From assembly GCF_963506605.1 (NCBI RefSeq), contig NC_083279.1, forward strand, positions 76,198,001 through 76,262,000: 64,000 nucleotides of DNA, written 5' to 3'. Numbering within the stretch: position 1 is the stretch's first letter; the number at the start of each line of letters is the position of its first letter. The notes beneath the pieces were generated by a model that worked only from the letters and a program-made list of their open reading frames with translations, was not told where the DNA came from and searched no databases. The stretch comes from Zootoca vivipara (lineage: Eukaryota). Both the position numbers and the translations under genes were made by a program. Of this stretch, positions 26,437 to 37,950 are shown in pieces.

Positions 26437-27534
26437 CTTTGTTTTCTGCCATTCCCCCCACAATGCAACTCCATCAAACACTTCTCCCTAGGCCTAAATA
26501 GGTTTAAGGAGTCGGGTTTTCTAAATATGGCCCCATCCCTCCTTACATCAGAACAGCCAAGCACCCCTTCTCACCGGCCAGCACTTTCCCAAAGGAGTAC
26601 TGAATGCATCTTCCTCCTCCCCACCCCCAAACTGCCTTTTATTCTCAAACGCCTGCCCCATTCTCAAACTCCTGCTAGATCAAGACTTTGACCTATCTAA
26701 GCTAGCATCCTGTTCCCCCAGTGCCAACCAGATGCCCTGGGAAGCCCGCAAACAGGACCTGAGCACAACAGCACTCTCCTCTCCTGCAATTTCCAGCAAC
26801 TGATATTCAGAAGGATACTACCCCTTGGCTGTGGAAGAAGAGTATAGCTATTGTGGAGAGGATCATCAGTGATCGCACGTGGAGGTCAGAACTACAGTTG
26901 CCTCCTGACAACATTCTGGTTCAAAATGAACAAAGAATTGCTTAGTTATCCTGCTTAATGGCATTGCAGTCCAGAGGCTGACCAAAGCCTCTAGGCCAGG
27001 CTTCTTAACGTTGTTGCTAGAGACAGAAACACCAAACATCAGGATAAGTCTAAGTAGTAAAAGAAGCAAATAGGACAAACTAGGTCCTTGATATCCAATA
27101 GCCCTGCTCACACCTTCCGAATGTGCTCACTACATATGCGCTCCTCCACCATTTGAATGGAAGATGGGAATGGTGCCTACATCCAAATAATAGTCCACGT
27201 ATATGGACAATTGGGGACCCATATCATCTTCAGGTGCCTACAGTGTTTACAGTGTTATGCTCCTAGAACTTAGTACAAAACCTTTCAGGGACCAAATATG
27301 GCTTGCGAGCCATGGGTCGGCTACCCCTGATATTACTGGCTGTGGCTATTTCCCCAATCCTTTTCATAATGATCCCTAACACAGAATTTGCCTTTTCGCA
27401 GCTGCTTTACACCAACTCCATGTTCCTCCTTTTAGGTCGCATCTGGGCCAAGTGATGGTGTGCAACTTTGTGTACATCCTCAGAGGTGCTAAGTATATCC
27501 AGGCTATCAAAATTGCTCAGAGCAGCCTGAATAT

Positions 27535-27711
27535 CAGGGCAGTCTCGAGCAGGTCGGGCGCCCTGGCGCTGAGGGGCGGAGATCGCTCCGACGCCCCCGC
27601 CCTCGCAGGGTGCAGCATGGTTTCCACGCGGCTTCGCCACGCAGCGCCCCACCTGCCGGCCCCGCGCCCTGGTGCGCCGCACCACTGGGGCTCTACCTAG
27701 AGCCGGCCCTG
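27535..27711. mobile_element. GC-rich non-autonomous hAT element (Tip100-like)
   Basis: TIRs CAGGGCAGTCTC / GAGCCGGCCCTG; perfect TSD ctgaatat. Confidence 0.9.
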
Positions 27712-28932
27712 CTGAATATACCCCCAGCCAAATACAGACTATACACATTTGTCCTAGCCAAATTCAGAACCAAATACAGTTATTGATTTTTTAAATATAT
27801 ATATTTGCTAACAGATTGAAAACTGCCACTGGATTCTTGCCACTTGTCATTTGGGGTCAGCACCTGAGATTAGTCACTCTCAAATCTCCAAGGAATAAAT
27901 TAAATTTGCCCTGCTTCGCTGTCAACACTGGATTAATGACTTCTCAGCTATATGTAATATCCCTTCTGTGAATGCAGTGTAGCTTCATCAAAAAGGATGA
28001 GAAACATCATCTTTCTTAACAGTATGATAAGGCACACTTGGAAACTGTTACTAAAGGGCTGTCAAGGGAGAGAAAAATACTGAAGACGTTAGGCTGACGG
28101 GCATTTCTCTTCCCTGTATTGCACTTCATTGACATTAATTATGAAATATGCCTGAAAGGTTGATAAATCTGTAATTGTCACATTCGGTTTAAGCCAGATG
28201 TTGTTTGGTGCAGAGCAGGCTTTCACCTGTGAAAAGAGTTTGCTGATTAAAGACCTGAAAGTGGACATAGCACAGCTTGTATCCATCCAGGCCAACAAGG
28301 CGTTGGTTGCGAGCCTTGCCTAAAACTACCGGTAACCAAAATATGAAGCAGAGAGGAAAGACAACAGCTTGGAGGGGAAACTACAAAGGAGGCTAGAATG
28401 AAAGACTTTAAGAGCCCCATATTTATTTTGGCAAGGGGATTTAAAGGTAGGAAGTGAACTGATGGCCTAGAGGCGGCTTACTGTGGCTCTCCATTGAACT
28501 CTGCTTATAACCTTGCAGTATTACCTTCCATTTGCAGTCAGTGCCAAAGGAGCAGGCCAGGCCACCTGTGTGTGACAGGAAAACCACCTTCTCTCCAGGC
28601 ACGGAGCCAATACCGGGGGGGGGGGGTTCTAGTTCCCAAACGCAGAAGTGACATCACCAAATACGGAAGAGAACATAAAAAGGCCAGGTCTAGTTATTAC
28701 TTTAACTGACTGTTGTTGTTGGTTTTTTTTTTATAACTATTTTGCCTTTTTCATTACAACATAAAATGGGGACAAGAGCAAGTACATGGAAAATGTTGTC
28801 TTATGTGGGTAAAGACTTTCATTGTGCAAAGACAAAACCAAGTCTCATGCTGGCTCCAGATTTTGGGGAACCACTGAGCAAAATGCCTGCTCATTTATGG
28901 GCCCACTCCCCACCTCACCACTGCCCAGCCAC

Positions 28933-29022
28933 CATAGCTGCCAAGTTTTCCCTTTTCTCGCGAGGAAGCCTATTCAGCATAAGGGAAAATCCCTTTAAAA
29001 AAGGGATAACTTGGCAGCTATG
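28933..29022. mobile_element. 90-bp hAT MITE
   Basis: 15-bp TIR CATAGCTGCCAAGTT / AACTTGGCAGCTATG; perfect TSD ccagccac. Confidence 0.92.
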
Positions 29023-31489
29023 CCAGCCACTTGCCCTCGATCTATCTGATCCCAAACTGCACTGCCACCCAGAGGGAGAGTGAAAAGCCAAGCCGAGAAT
29101 TGGGGAAGGGCCGCCCCTCAGTGGTTGAGTAACTGCTTTGCATACAGAATATCCATGGTTCAATTCCTGGACTGGGAAACCAGGCTGGAGAGCTGCTGCC
29201 AGTCAGTGCTGACAGCATTGAGCAAGATGGACTGCTAGTTTGAACTGGTATAAGCCAAGCAGCTTCCTAGGTCTCTAGATTTCTAGCTGAACCAGTCTCT
29301 TCTCTCTTCTTACTGCTTAATATGCTTAGAGGGGGAAATCAGCAGAACCAGGAGACTCCAGGGATCAGCAATAGACCCCCTGAAATATTTAAAGGTGCTC
29401 CTTCCAATCAACAGATTTTCCAGCCTCCACTCCTAATTATAGGCCGCTACGGTCTAGTTTCAAGGCCCGTGCAATTTCAAGGGCATAATCTATCGATCAT
29501 ATCCACAATCAATTCTGGCTGCGTGCTTTTTCCACCCACAGCTTCTTGCATGATGTCAGCACCACAAAAACAATACTAAAAACATGTCCATCGCTCCCAT
29601 TTTTATTTGTCTGTGGGGGAAAGGGTGCTCCCCCCCCTCCACTGCATGAGTTTCTTATCTGGTTTGAGTAGATGTAAAAAGTGTTGCATGAAAAGAAATT
29701 CCCAAGCCATTCGTCCAAAACCTGACAGCAAACACATTAATGATGCATTCAGTGTGAAAACTGACTCCAGGTGCTTCTAGTGATAAAAGGGGTCGTGCAA
29801 TGGCCTGACAGTATGAAGAATCAGGTCACAATTATATTTTTAGAAGTGATTTTTTGTTCCTTTCAAGCATGCTTGCTTCCCATCCCTTTCCCCCTTCTTT
29901 TCTGTCTTCTTTCTCAGAATAACTTGGCCAGTGCTTGCAGAAGGCTGTTTCTAGCCTCAGGGATTTTCACACATACTTCTGTTGACAGAGTTCCTGTATA
30001 GCAAGCAATCTGAAATGCCTTTTGTTAAGGATCTGTTCATACCCCCTTTCTGTTCTGCCTCAACATTTGGAAGATATTTCAGCTGCTGAATCCTACTATT
30101 GCACTCATGGAAAAAATTGAATTTGGGGTTGTCTTGCAGAACAGAGCAGGTAAAATTATCCATAACAAATGCGTTATTTTTAGTCCCTTGGTTTGTGTGG
30201 GTTTTTTTCCTCTACATGTTTATTTCTCTTCGGGGCGATAAAAACATTTTTAAGAAATCAAAAGTAACTATCAAATGATGAGTGGAAACTAACAAGCTCT
30301 ATTTGTTAAAAAGTTAATTTGCAGTTTCTTCTGCCAGGTTTAACTATCGCTTCAAGCGTGCAGGTTAAGTAAAAAATAACAATCCTTCATGTGTACTTAC
30401 TTTTAAGGGCAAAACGACAACTAAAGTGTACCAGGTAATCAATACACATTGATTCTGTTGTCAGAACAATTATCTTTACAGATACCACCAAGCGATAATT
30501 AACCAAAAAATATGCTTTCCTTAAAAAAACAAACACCAAATGGATAATATGAAAATGAGTGCTAGTTTAAAAATAAATACTTTGGGTTCTATTTGATTTA
30601 GTCATATTCACTGTAGATCAATTTAAGTCCAACTCATTTCACTGGCTCTACTGCTCAATCTATGCCATTCTCAATGTATGGAATTAGGTGCTCTTATAAA
30701 TGTTTATTTTTGTGCAGCCACATAATCATCCAGTTGCAGAAATGTGTGATTCTGTATGATCTACTTGCTATGTCAAAAATATTTCCTAAATTAAATATGA
30801 CTACACAGGGATAATTATTTTAATAAAATGAAGACAAGTCTGTACCCAAAATCATTTCCCCATATTATCTTTTTATAGACAATAATAACTGCATTGTGCT
30901 TTTTGGGTTTAACAATTTTTTGTGATCTTTTTTCAAGGAAGCTTTAAGCTTATCTTAGTTAAGAAAACATGAGATTGCATGCTTTGTGGATTGTGAAACA
31001 GCCATCCTAAATCAGGTTCCTGAGGAGTGTATGAGGGTATTTAAAGACACTTAATTGGCCACATAGTGTCTTTTCTGTTGCAAACACTGTTTACAGCATA
31101 GTGGCCAGTCCCAGTCTAACAAACTGGTTTGGTGCAGCAGGGACAAGCAATGAGCTTAAGAATTCCCTCCTCCAGCAAACCCTTCCGTTCTCATGTGCCT
31201 TATTCAGCCACAGTTTCCCTAGTAATCAATCTAGGAAGCTATATGGTTTAATCACTTCCTGCAACCCCGGATTGCAATAAACCTGGATAATACTGTGGTT
31301 TCTAATACTGGTTTGTAAGAAGCATGTAATGCGCAGTTTCTTGGTTCTGATACCAGAGGGAAACTGTGGCTTAACAAATCATGACATCTCTGTAGCAACA
31401 CATGTAAAAAGAGGAGGGAAAACTTGTCAACGTTTCATCTTCAGCCAACCATTATCTAGCGCCATCTTTATTCAGCCACCTATCCGTCT

Positions 31490-31652
31490 ACGGCTACATA
31501 CTCAACATGCATTTAAAGCACATGACTTCCCTAAAGAATCATGGGAACTGTAGTTTATCCTTTATAGACCTACAATTCCTATCACCCTTAACAAATTACA
31601 GTTCCCATGATTCTTTGGAGAGTCATGTGCTTTAAATGTGTATGGTGTATAT
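31490..31652. mobile_element. Palindromic MITE (ctacagttccc family)
   Basis: Arms catttaaagcacatgact..aaagaatcatgggaactgtag and tacagttcccatgattcttt..agtcatgtgctttaaatg; relatives near 3075, 3540, 19620 and 24120. Confidence 0.7.
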
Positions 31653-32081
31653 ACTCTAACACTTCATAGGGCGCTGCCCCAAAGAGCCCAAGATTCTCAG
31701 GAAGATGAATTCTGTGTTCTAAACAACATGCTGTTCTTCTGAATAATCAAAGCATACATGTATCTTTGTTTATCATTTCTTTTCTCTCTTTTTTGGTGGG
31801 GGGACAAATGACAAGGTCAAAGTCTACCAAGAAGCCTGAAGGTTTGAATCTCAAGACTGAGCTTACATGCAGTAACATTTCTAATGTAGTATTTTGAATT
31901 TCAGGAACAAAGAAGTCTTGGATAGTATCTGCGCTTCTCCAGGTAACTAAAAGAATGTAGCTCCCAATAAATAAATGGAAGACTGCATAAGAAGATGTCC
32001 AGCAATGAAATGCAATTTGGCCTTCTCTGATGGATTAAACTTGATGGAACGGAAGTGCAGCCATTTGATCAGGAGGAGGTG

Positions 32082-32759
32082 ATGTCTTACTCTAGGCCTG
32101 CTAAAACTGACAAGCCACTTGAGACTTCAGAGGAGATAAAAGAAGAAATAGAAGGGGAGATCCATTGTTGTTTTCTGGAAACAGCTCCAAGACCTTCATT
32201 TATGTCTCACTTGACATACAGTGAAACATCCTTGGAACTTACCAAAGTTACTGTCCAGCTGTATGTTGATGGAGAGCCTGAGGAAAACCAGCTGGATGGA
32301 GAATTATTATATTCCTCAAATTACAAAGCCACAGACAATCCAGCCCAGCCCCCTTCCCAGTTTCTTCCTAGACCAAACTCTGACAAGAAACCGGGCAGAG
32401 CTCCTGAAACCATTCAATTAAAACACAGGTTAAATGCTTGCACATGTTCACATTTAAGATCTTCACAGCACAGGATTAACTCCAAACTTCAGATTGGTGA
32501 GGTGACAAACATAGAAGCTTCTTTGTCAGAAGATCAAGAGGAGGAGGAGGACAAAGATGTTTTCAAGGAACTACCAATGTGCGGGACAGCTTTGGAGAGC
32601 CTGCACAAAACATGCACTTCTCAGACAAAACGAAACAGAGATGGTCACATCAGTAATAGAGGTGTCTTCACAGTCATTGCTGGCAACAATCCCAAAGAGA
32701 AGGAACTGAAAGAGCGCAAAATGCATCGGCGGGTAAGACAACATGATTTCATGCTATAA
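32082..32759 (+). CDS. Candidate coding exon, acidic and probably disordered protein segment, unidentified
   Basis: Stop-free frame from 32031 to 32756 in non-repetitive AT-rich DNA; acceptor-like ttgaatttcag ending near 31904; first ATG at 32082; in-frame phase-0 donor CGG|GTAAGA after 32732. Confidence 0.55.
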   Translation: MSYSRPAKTDKPLETSEEIKEEIEGEIHCCFLETAPRPSFMSHLTYSETSLELTKVTVQLYVDGEPEENQLDGELLYSSNYKATDNPAQPPSQFLPRPNSDKKPGRAPETIQLKHRLNACTCSHLRSSQHRINSKLQIGEVTNIEASLSEDQEEEEDKDVFKELPMCGTALESLHKTCTSQTKRNRDGHISNRGVFTVIAGNNPKEKELKERKMHRRVRQHDFML

Positions 32760-34027
32760 GGCAGAGATGGTGATGATGGGGAAACAGTCTGAATTCCTCC
32801 TACTGATTCCTGTAATGTGTAACAGGCGAGTACCATCAAAGCCCCTGCTGATATTCATTCTAGGGGAAGAAACGATTAAAATGTTGTTTGTCTGTGATGC
32901 AGCTTGTGCATGAGTTGGGGTGTGTGCTAATGTTTTTGGCCCTCCAGTCCTTGCTCAGTTCAAGTACGGACCCTGTTGAAAAGTAGTTGCCAACCAGAAA
33001 TAAGGAACAATCTTAGCATAAGAAGCAGTGAACCCTCCAGTGTTTAGCTCCCGTCTAGAATTTTACATTTTCTGACCTAGGAAGTGAAAGCAGTATTTTA
33101 GATGGGAATGCTTTTCAAAGTGCCTTAGCTCAAGCAATCTCTTGAATTTGACATTTTCTGACAACTGGGAGTTAGGTTACATTACCTGCACATGACAACA
33201 TTTATTTCACTGTACACAATTTGAGGGTGTGTGTTTTGCTAACAACAAAACCCGAGAACACATATGCAGGGGCAAATATCTAAACTGACTAAGCTGCTTT
33301 TTCAGACTTTAAGAAAAAAGGAGTTGGTTACTTTTCAGTCCAGTTATGCAGTTAAGTAGTAAAGAATGACAGAAGGTGAGATCATGGAGGCAATTACGTT
33401 GCCCAATCTTTAGCCTTAGGGTGGAGTTAATAAGCAATCTGTCCCTATGGAGAGTTTTAAAATCACAATAAAGAAGGGGGGGGGAATCCTATGAATTAAA
33501 TTTAATTGTTCAACTGATTTTTTCCTTCCACATCTTGAAATTATAAAATTAAGCACATAAGGTTGGGCTAATGTTTTCAAATACTGCCCAGATGGATGTT
33601 TAAATATTTAACTTCGTGCTGCTCTGACGCCATATAAAAGTTATACACATGAATCACATTCTCAAAGAACCAGTCAACAGGTTATACAGTGGCAAACATG
33701 AGATTTCCACTGTTTATACATACAGCCAGTAGCTATGCTAAACACTCTTCTGTTTCACGAAGTGCTAGACAGATCTAGTCTGCTCCTCCCTTCACCCAGT
33801 GGCTAATGATACCAGCTCACCATGGCAAGTGATTTTGGAATTTATTTTCAATAGGTTCATAAACTGCTCAGAGGACTTTGTTATATAAGTGGAATATACT
33901 TATGATATATGCATAAACAAATGAGAGAAAAAAACCCTGAAGGGATGAAGGGGTCCCCTTGCTGAAACTAAATCAGTCCCCTTGTTCTTTTGTTAGACTC
34001 TGAAGTGTCTCCTAAATATGATTAACA

Positions 34028-36370
34028 CTAGCTGACCCGGCCACGCGTTGCTGTGGTTCTTTCCTGTGATCCCCCCCACCCTGTCCCGATCCATGACGTA
34101 TCCTGCCCCTCCTCCCTCCACCCCGGCTCATCCCTGTGTTTCGGTAGGATACCCTTCCCTCTGTTGTCCCTGGGGAGTGTTGGCCCCTCCCCCCTGTATC
34201 TCCATACCTTGGCCCCCACCCTTCAAAAAGGAACTGTCAGCTTCTAGGTTCTATTTCCCAGCATGCACTTTTGTCTGAGCCTTCTGTCGTCCCTGGGGAG
34301 TGTTGGACCCTACCCCTGTTATCTTCCTACATTGGCCCCCACCCTTGGAGAAGGAAATGTCAGTTTCTGGGTTCCATTTCCCATTTGTCTGAGCCCTCTG
34401 TTGTCCCCTCCCCGCTGTATCTCCATACATTGGCCCCTGCGCACGCATCGTGAACATTTCTATATATTTAGATTAAGGATCGGGGGTGATGATGCGCCCT
34501 GGGACGCAGAGAACTACTTAAAAAATCCCGATGTGGGGTTGTCAAATAGCAAAGCCCCACAGCCCCGTAGCAACAGACAGGCCCAGACAGAAAGAGGGGG
34601 GTCATATGGGCCACTTGGCGCGGGCCTCCGAATCTAAAGGGGGCCTCGGTCAGCATATTCACAATCAGTAAAATGAAAAAAGTAACAAAAGGGTTAAAAA
34701 CAGGGACACATTATCTACCTGGCACAGGCCTCTGTCTGGCCCTGCAAGGGCCTGGCAACAGAAGGCGCGTTCTGAAGCAGCCGAGTTGTTCAGTTCCATA
34801 AAAAACCCAGGAAGTGGCAAGGGGAAGGTAGGGGATTTTAAATGGGGTGGGGGATGGCCACTGCAAATATCTGAGGACTTAAACTGGAGAGAGAAAGTGC
34901 ATGGTTGTTGTTTTTAAAAAAAAGACACAGAGGGTTGCAATCAGTTGTAGTATATACCCTGTTTCTCCTAAAATAAGACATACCCATAAAATAAGCCATA
35001 GCAGGATTTCTAAGTATTTGCGCAATATAAGCCATACCCCAAAAATAAGACATAGTGATAGGCGCAGTTCTGGAGGGCCCCAAGGAAGAGGCAAGGCTGG
35101 ACACGTAATAAAAAAATAAGACATCCCCTGAAAATAAGCCACTGTGGGGGTTTTGTAAGGAAAAATAAATATAAGACGACGGTGTCTTATTTTCGGAGAA
35201 ACACAGTAAAGCCTAGTTTAAAAGGGACACGACTACCCTTACTTAAAATGGCCGCCGGAGCCTCGCATGTGACACAACGCCCACTAAATTATAAAGCAAA
35301 AACCCCTTGCTGTGCCCCCAAGTGCGTGTTAGGAGAAATGATGAACGACTACCTAATGCTGCCAGGCGTTTATTAATGCAGCCGCCGGGAGAGGCTTTGG
35401 GCTTGGGCTTTGGGGGTGGAATGGCTGTTTTGGTGGTTGTTGGACAGTTGCTCCCCCCCACCCTACGTCAGCCCATGACCTATTTGGGCTCCTCCTCCCC
35501 CCACCTCCCATCCAGGGCTCCATTTGGGATAGTATTTAAAGGGCTGTAGAGCTGAGGCCTAGTCTGTAAAATGGAGCCAAGGCCTAGTCTTTAGGCTGTA
35601 AAGTAGAGGCGAGGCCTTGGCTTGGGCTAGTATTTAAATATGACCCGAGGCCTCCGCCCTGTATCTCCATTTCTTGGCTCTGTTGTCTGGTAATAGGCCC
35701 CCTTCAGATCCCCCTTAGCCTCAGCGTCCCCGTTTGACAGGATCTCGTGGCGGAGGTGGGGTTTGTGGGTGTGGCGCGTTGTTGTGGCTAATCCCGGTGA
35801 CTGCCCCGTGTCCCGATCCATGATCTATTCTGTTTGTCGTCGTCCCCTCTCCGTGACCGGTGTATCTCATGACGTTTTGAAGGATGGTATTTATTTTTGT
35901 CTTGTGGTTATTTGGTAGGGGATTTAGGGGAGGTAGTGGTGCTAAATTGTAAAGTAAAAAAGTAAAAACCCCTTGCCGTGCCCCCAAGTGTGTTGCTGTG
36001 GGTTATCTCCCCCCCCCGAGCCTAGTGGGGGCCTGGCAGGGGTCTATATAAAACAAAGGCCTAGGGGTCTGATAATGGCCGCCTTGGTGGTTTCAGTTGC
36101 TTGGTTGATGATGTCATTTGGTTTGTGGGTGTGGCTTAGATTTCACAGGAGGGGGGGGAGGGTATAACGCCACTTGAGGGCCCTGTTTGACTTGGTGGAA
36201 AATCAGGTTTCTACCTGCCCAGATGCGAAATTTGAGGGGTTTTTTGTCCCCAACAACCCTCGGGAAGTGGCCTGGATTGTTGTGTCAAAATTTCAGGACG
36301 ATCGGTCAAGCGGTTACGGAGAAAAGTGTGGCCGACACTTTCAAGATTTTTACATTTTTTTATATAGAGA
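34028..36370 (-). mobile_element. Composite non-autonomous Helitron
   Basis: Minus-strand 3' end CCACAGCAACGCGTGG hairpin, 9 nt, then CTAG|T; 5' ends TCTCTATATAAAAAATG (about 36370) and A|TCTAAATATATAGAAATG (34472); no TSD. Confidence 0.85.
34957..35206. mobile_element. Tc1/mariner (Tc2/pogo-like) MITE nested in the Helitron
   Basis: TIRs CCCTGTTTCTCCTAAAATAAGACA / TGTCTTATTTTCGGAGAAACACAG; TA on both flanks; internal AAAATAAG repeats. Confidence 0.88.
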
Positions 36371-36514
36371 GAGCACTATTGTTTGCCTATGAAGCAAAAT
36401 CTTACGTAGAAACATTAGACTAGCCAGGTAGATCAGGTGAATGGCCTATCTAATCCACCCACCTTGTTCTCACAATGGCCAACAAGATGTCTGTGGAAAG
36501 CCTGCAAGATGGAT

Positions 36515-36633
36515 CATAGAATTGGAAGGACACTGAGGATCATCTAGTCCAACCCCCTGCAATGTGCCATACAGGGATCAAACCTGCAACCTTGGCATTA
36601 TCAGTGCCACACTCTAACCAACTGAGCAACCCA
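36515..36633 (-). mobile_element. SINE with tRNA-Ile-like head and CR1-type tail
   Basis: Minus strand gctcagttggttagagtgtggcactgataatgccaaggttgcaggtttgatccc...ttgcagggggttggactagatg...ttctatg. Confidence 0.7.
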
Positions 36634-37559
36634 GGATGACTAAGACATGTTTGCAAGGACACTCTGCTCACCTGCAGTTTCCAGGAACTGTTATTCAGAG
36701 GCACATTGGCTCTGACAGCAAAAACAGAATATAGCCACCATTGCAGTTAGTAGCCACTAATAGCCCAGTCCTCTGCAGATTTGTCTAATCCTCTTTTAGA
36801 GCATTATTTTTAATGCTAAAGATGATTCTGCAAGTAGAAGACTAGTAGATCACAGAAGGAGATGAACGGGAGTTATCGTTTAGAGGTAGCTGCACTGTAC
36901 ATGAAGAGCTTATAATGCAATGAGCAAGTTAGTTTCTATGATGTTATCAAACTTTGTATTTTCTATATTACATGTGCTACAATATAATGCGATTAAAAGT
37001 ACAGCGTTTAGGATAAATGAACTTAATTTTCCTATATCAGAAATTCCACCATACTGCCGGAATACTTAAAATCTCTGTTAACCAGTTACAAAAACAAGTT
37101 TCTTCCCCACCCCCACCCCCAGTATTTTGAGTGGGATAGTGGGGGGGGGGTTAAAAGCTCTGCAACTCCTTCGGAAGATTTTTTAAAGCCTTGTTCAAAA
37201 GGACATGCTAAGTGATGGCCTTGATGCTTATCGCCGACATACCAAACATAAACGAGTATGCTGCAAACAGGATATCCCTTGTACAAGATGAACAAATAAG
37301 GAGACTTTATCAACAGGAGATATTGCTTCACTTTTGGTTCTTGGGCCACGTGAACTGCAAGTCAGTAGTGTTGTGCTCCTTCTGGTATCCAAGAACTATC
37401 CCCCCCCCCAAAAAAAATTGAAGGTTCAGGCACTCTTTATTTTTACCCCCTAAAAGGGTTTATATTAAGAGCATATACTAGCTGTCCAACAGTGGATGCT
37501 GAGCCTGCTATAGAAATACAATTTTGCCTGCCAGTGGAGGGACAGCAAACAGGGAGCCA

Positions 37560-37950
37560 GTCTAACTTCTCTAGGGAGTTCCAAAATCTGGGAGCAGCCA
37601 CTGAGAAGACCCTCTCTCCATGCCCCTACCAAGCGTGCCTTTGAGGGTGGCAGGACTGAGAGAAGTCCCCCCCTGCCCCGAAGATCTCAGAACTTGGGCA
37701 GGTTCATATGAGGGAACATGTATTTCTGATACCTTGAACCTAAGCCACGTAGGGCTTTATAACCAGCACTTCAAATTTTGCCTGGAAACAGACCAGTAGC
37801 CAATGGAGCTGCCGTAATAAGGAAGCTGTATGCTCCCTATAACCAACCCCAGTCAACCATCTGGCTGCAGCTTTTAGTGCCAGTCGATGTTTTTCATAAC
37901 TTTTCAAAGGCAGCCCCACATAGAGTAAGTTGCAGTAATCCAAGCTAGTA
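37560..37950 (-). mobile_element. L2 LINE RT C-terminal fragment
   Basis: ORF 37740-37955 TSLDYCNLLYVGLP...AAARWLTG...LRQLHWL. Confidence 0.85.

Noticed and set aside
27407-27748. 113-aa minus-strand ORF
   Set aside because: About half is the GC-rich hAT insertion 27535-27711; no credible splice context
32028-32030. In-frame TGA as selenocysteine
   Set aside because: No SECIS seen downstream and no redox motif context; a SECISearch run would be needed
34028-36370. Endogenous ssDNA virus
   Set aside because: No Rep or capsid ORF; Helitron termini explain the block better
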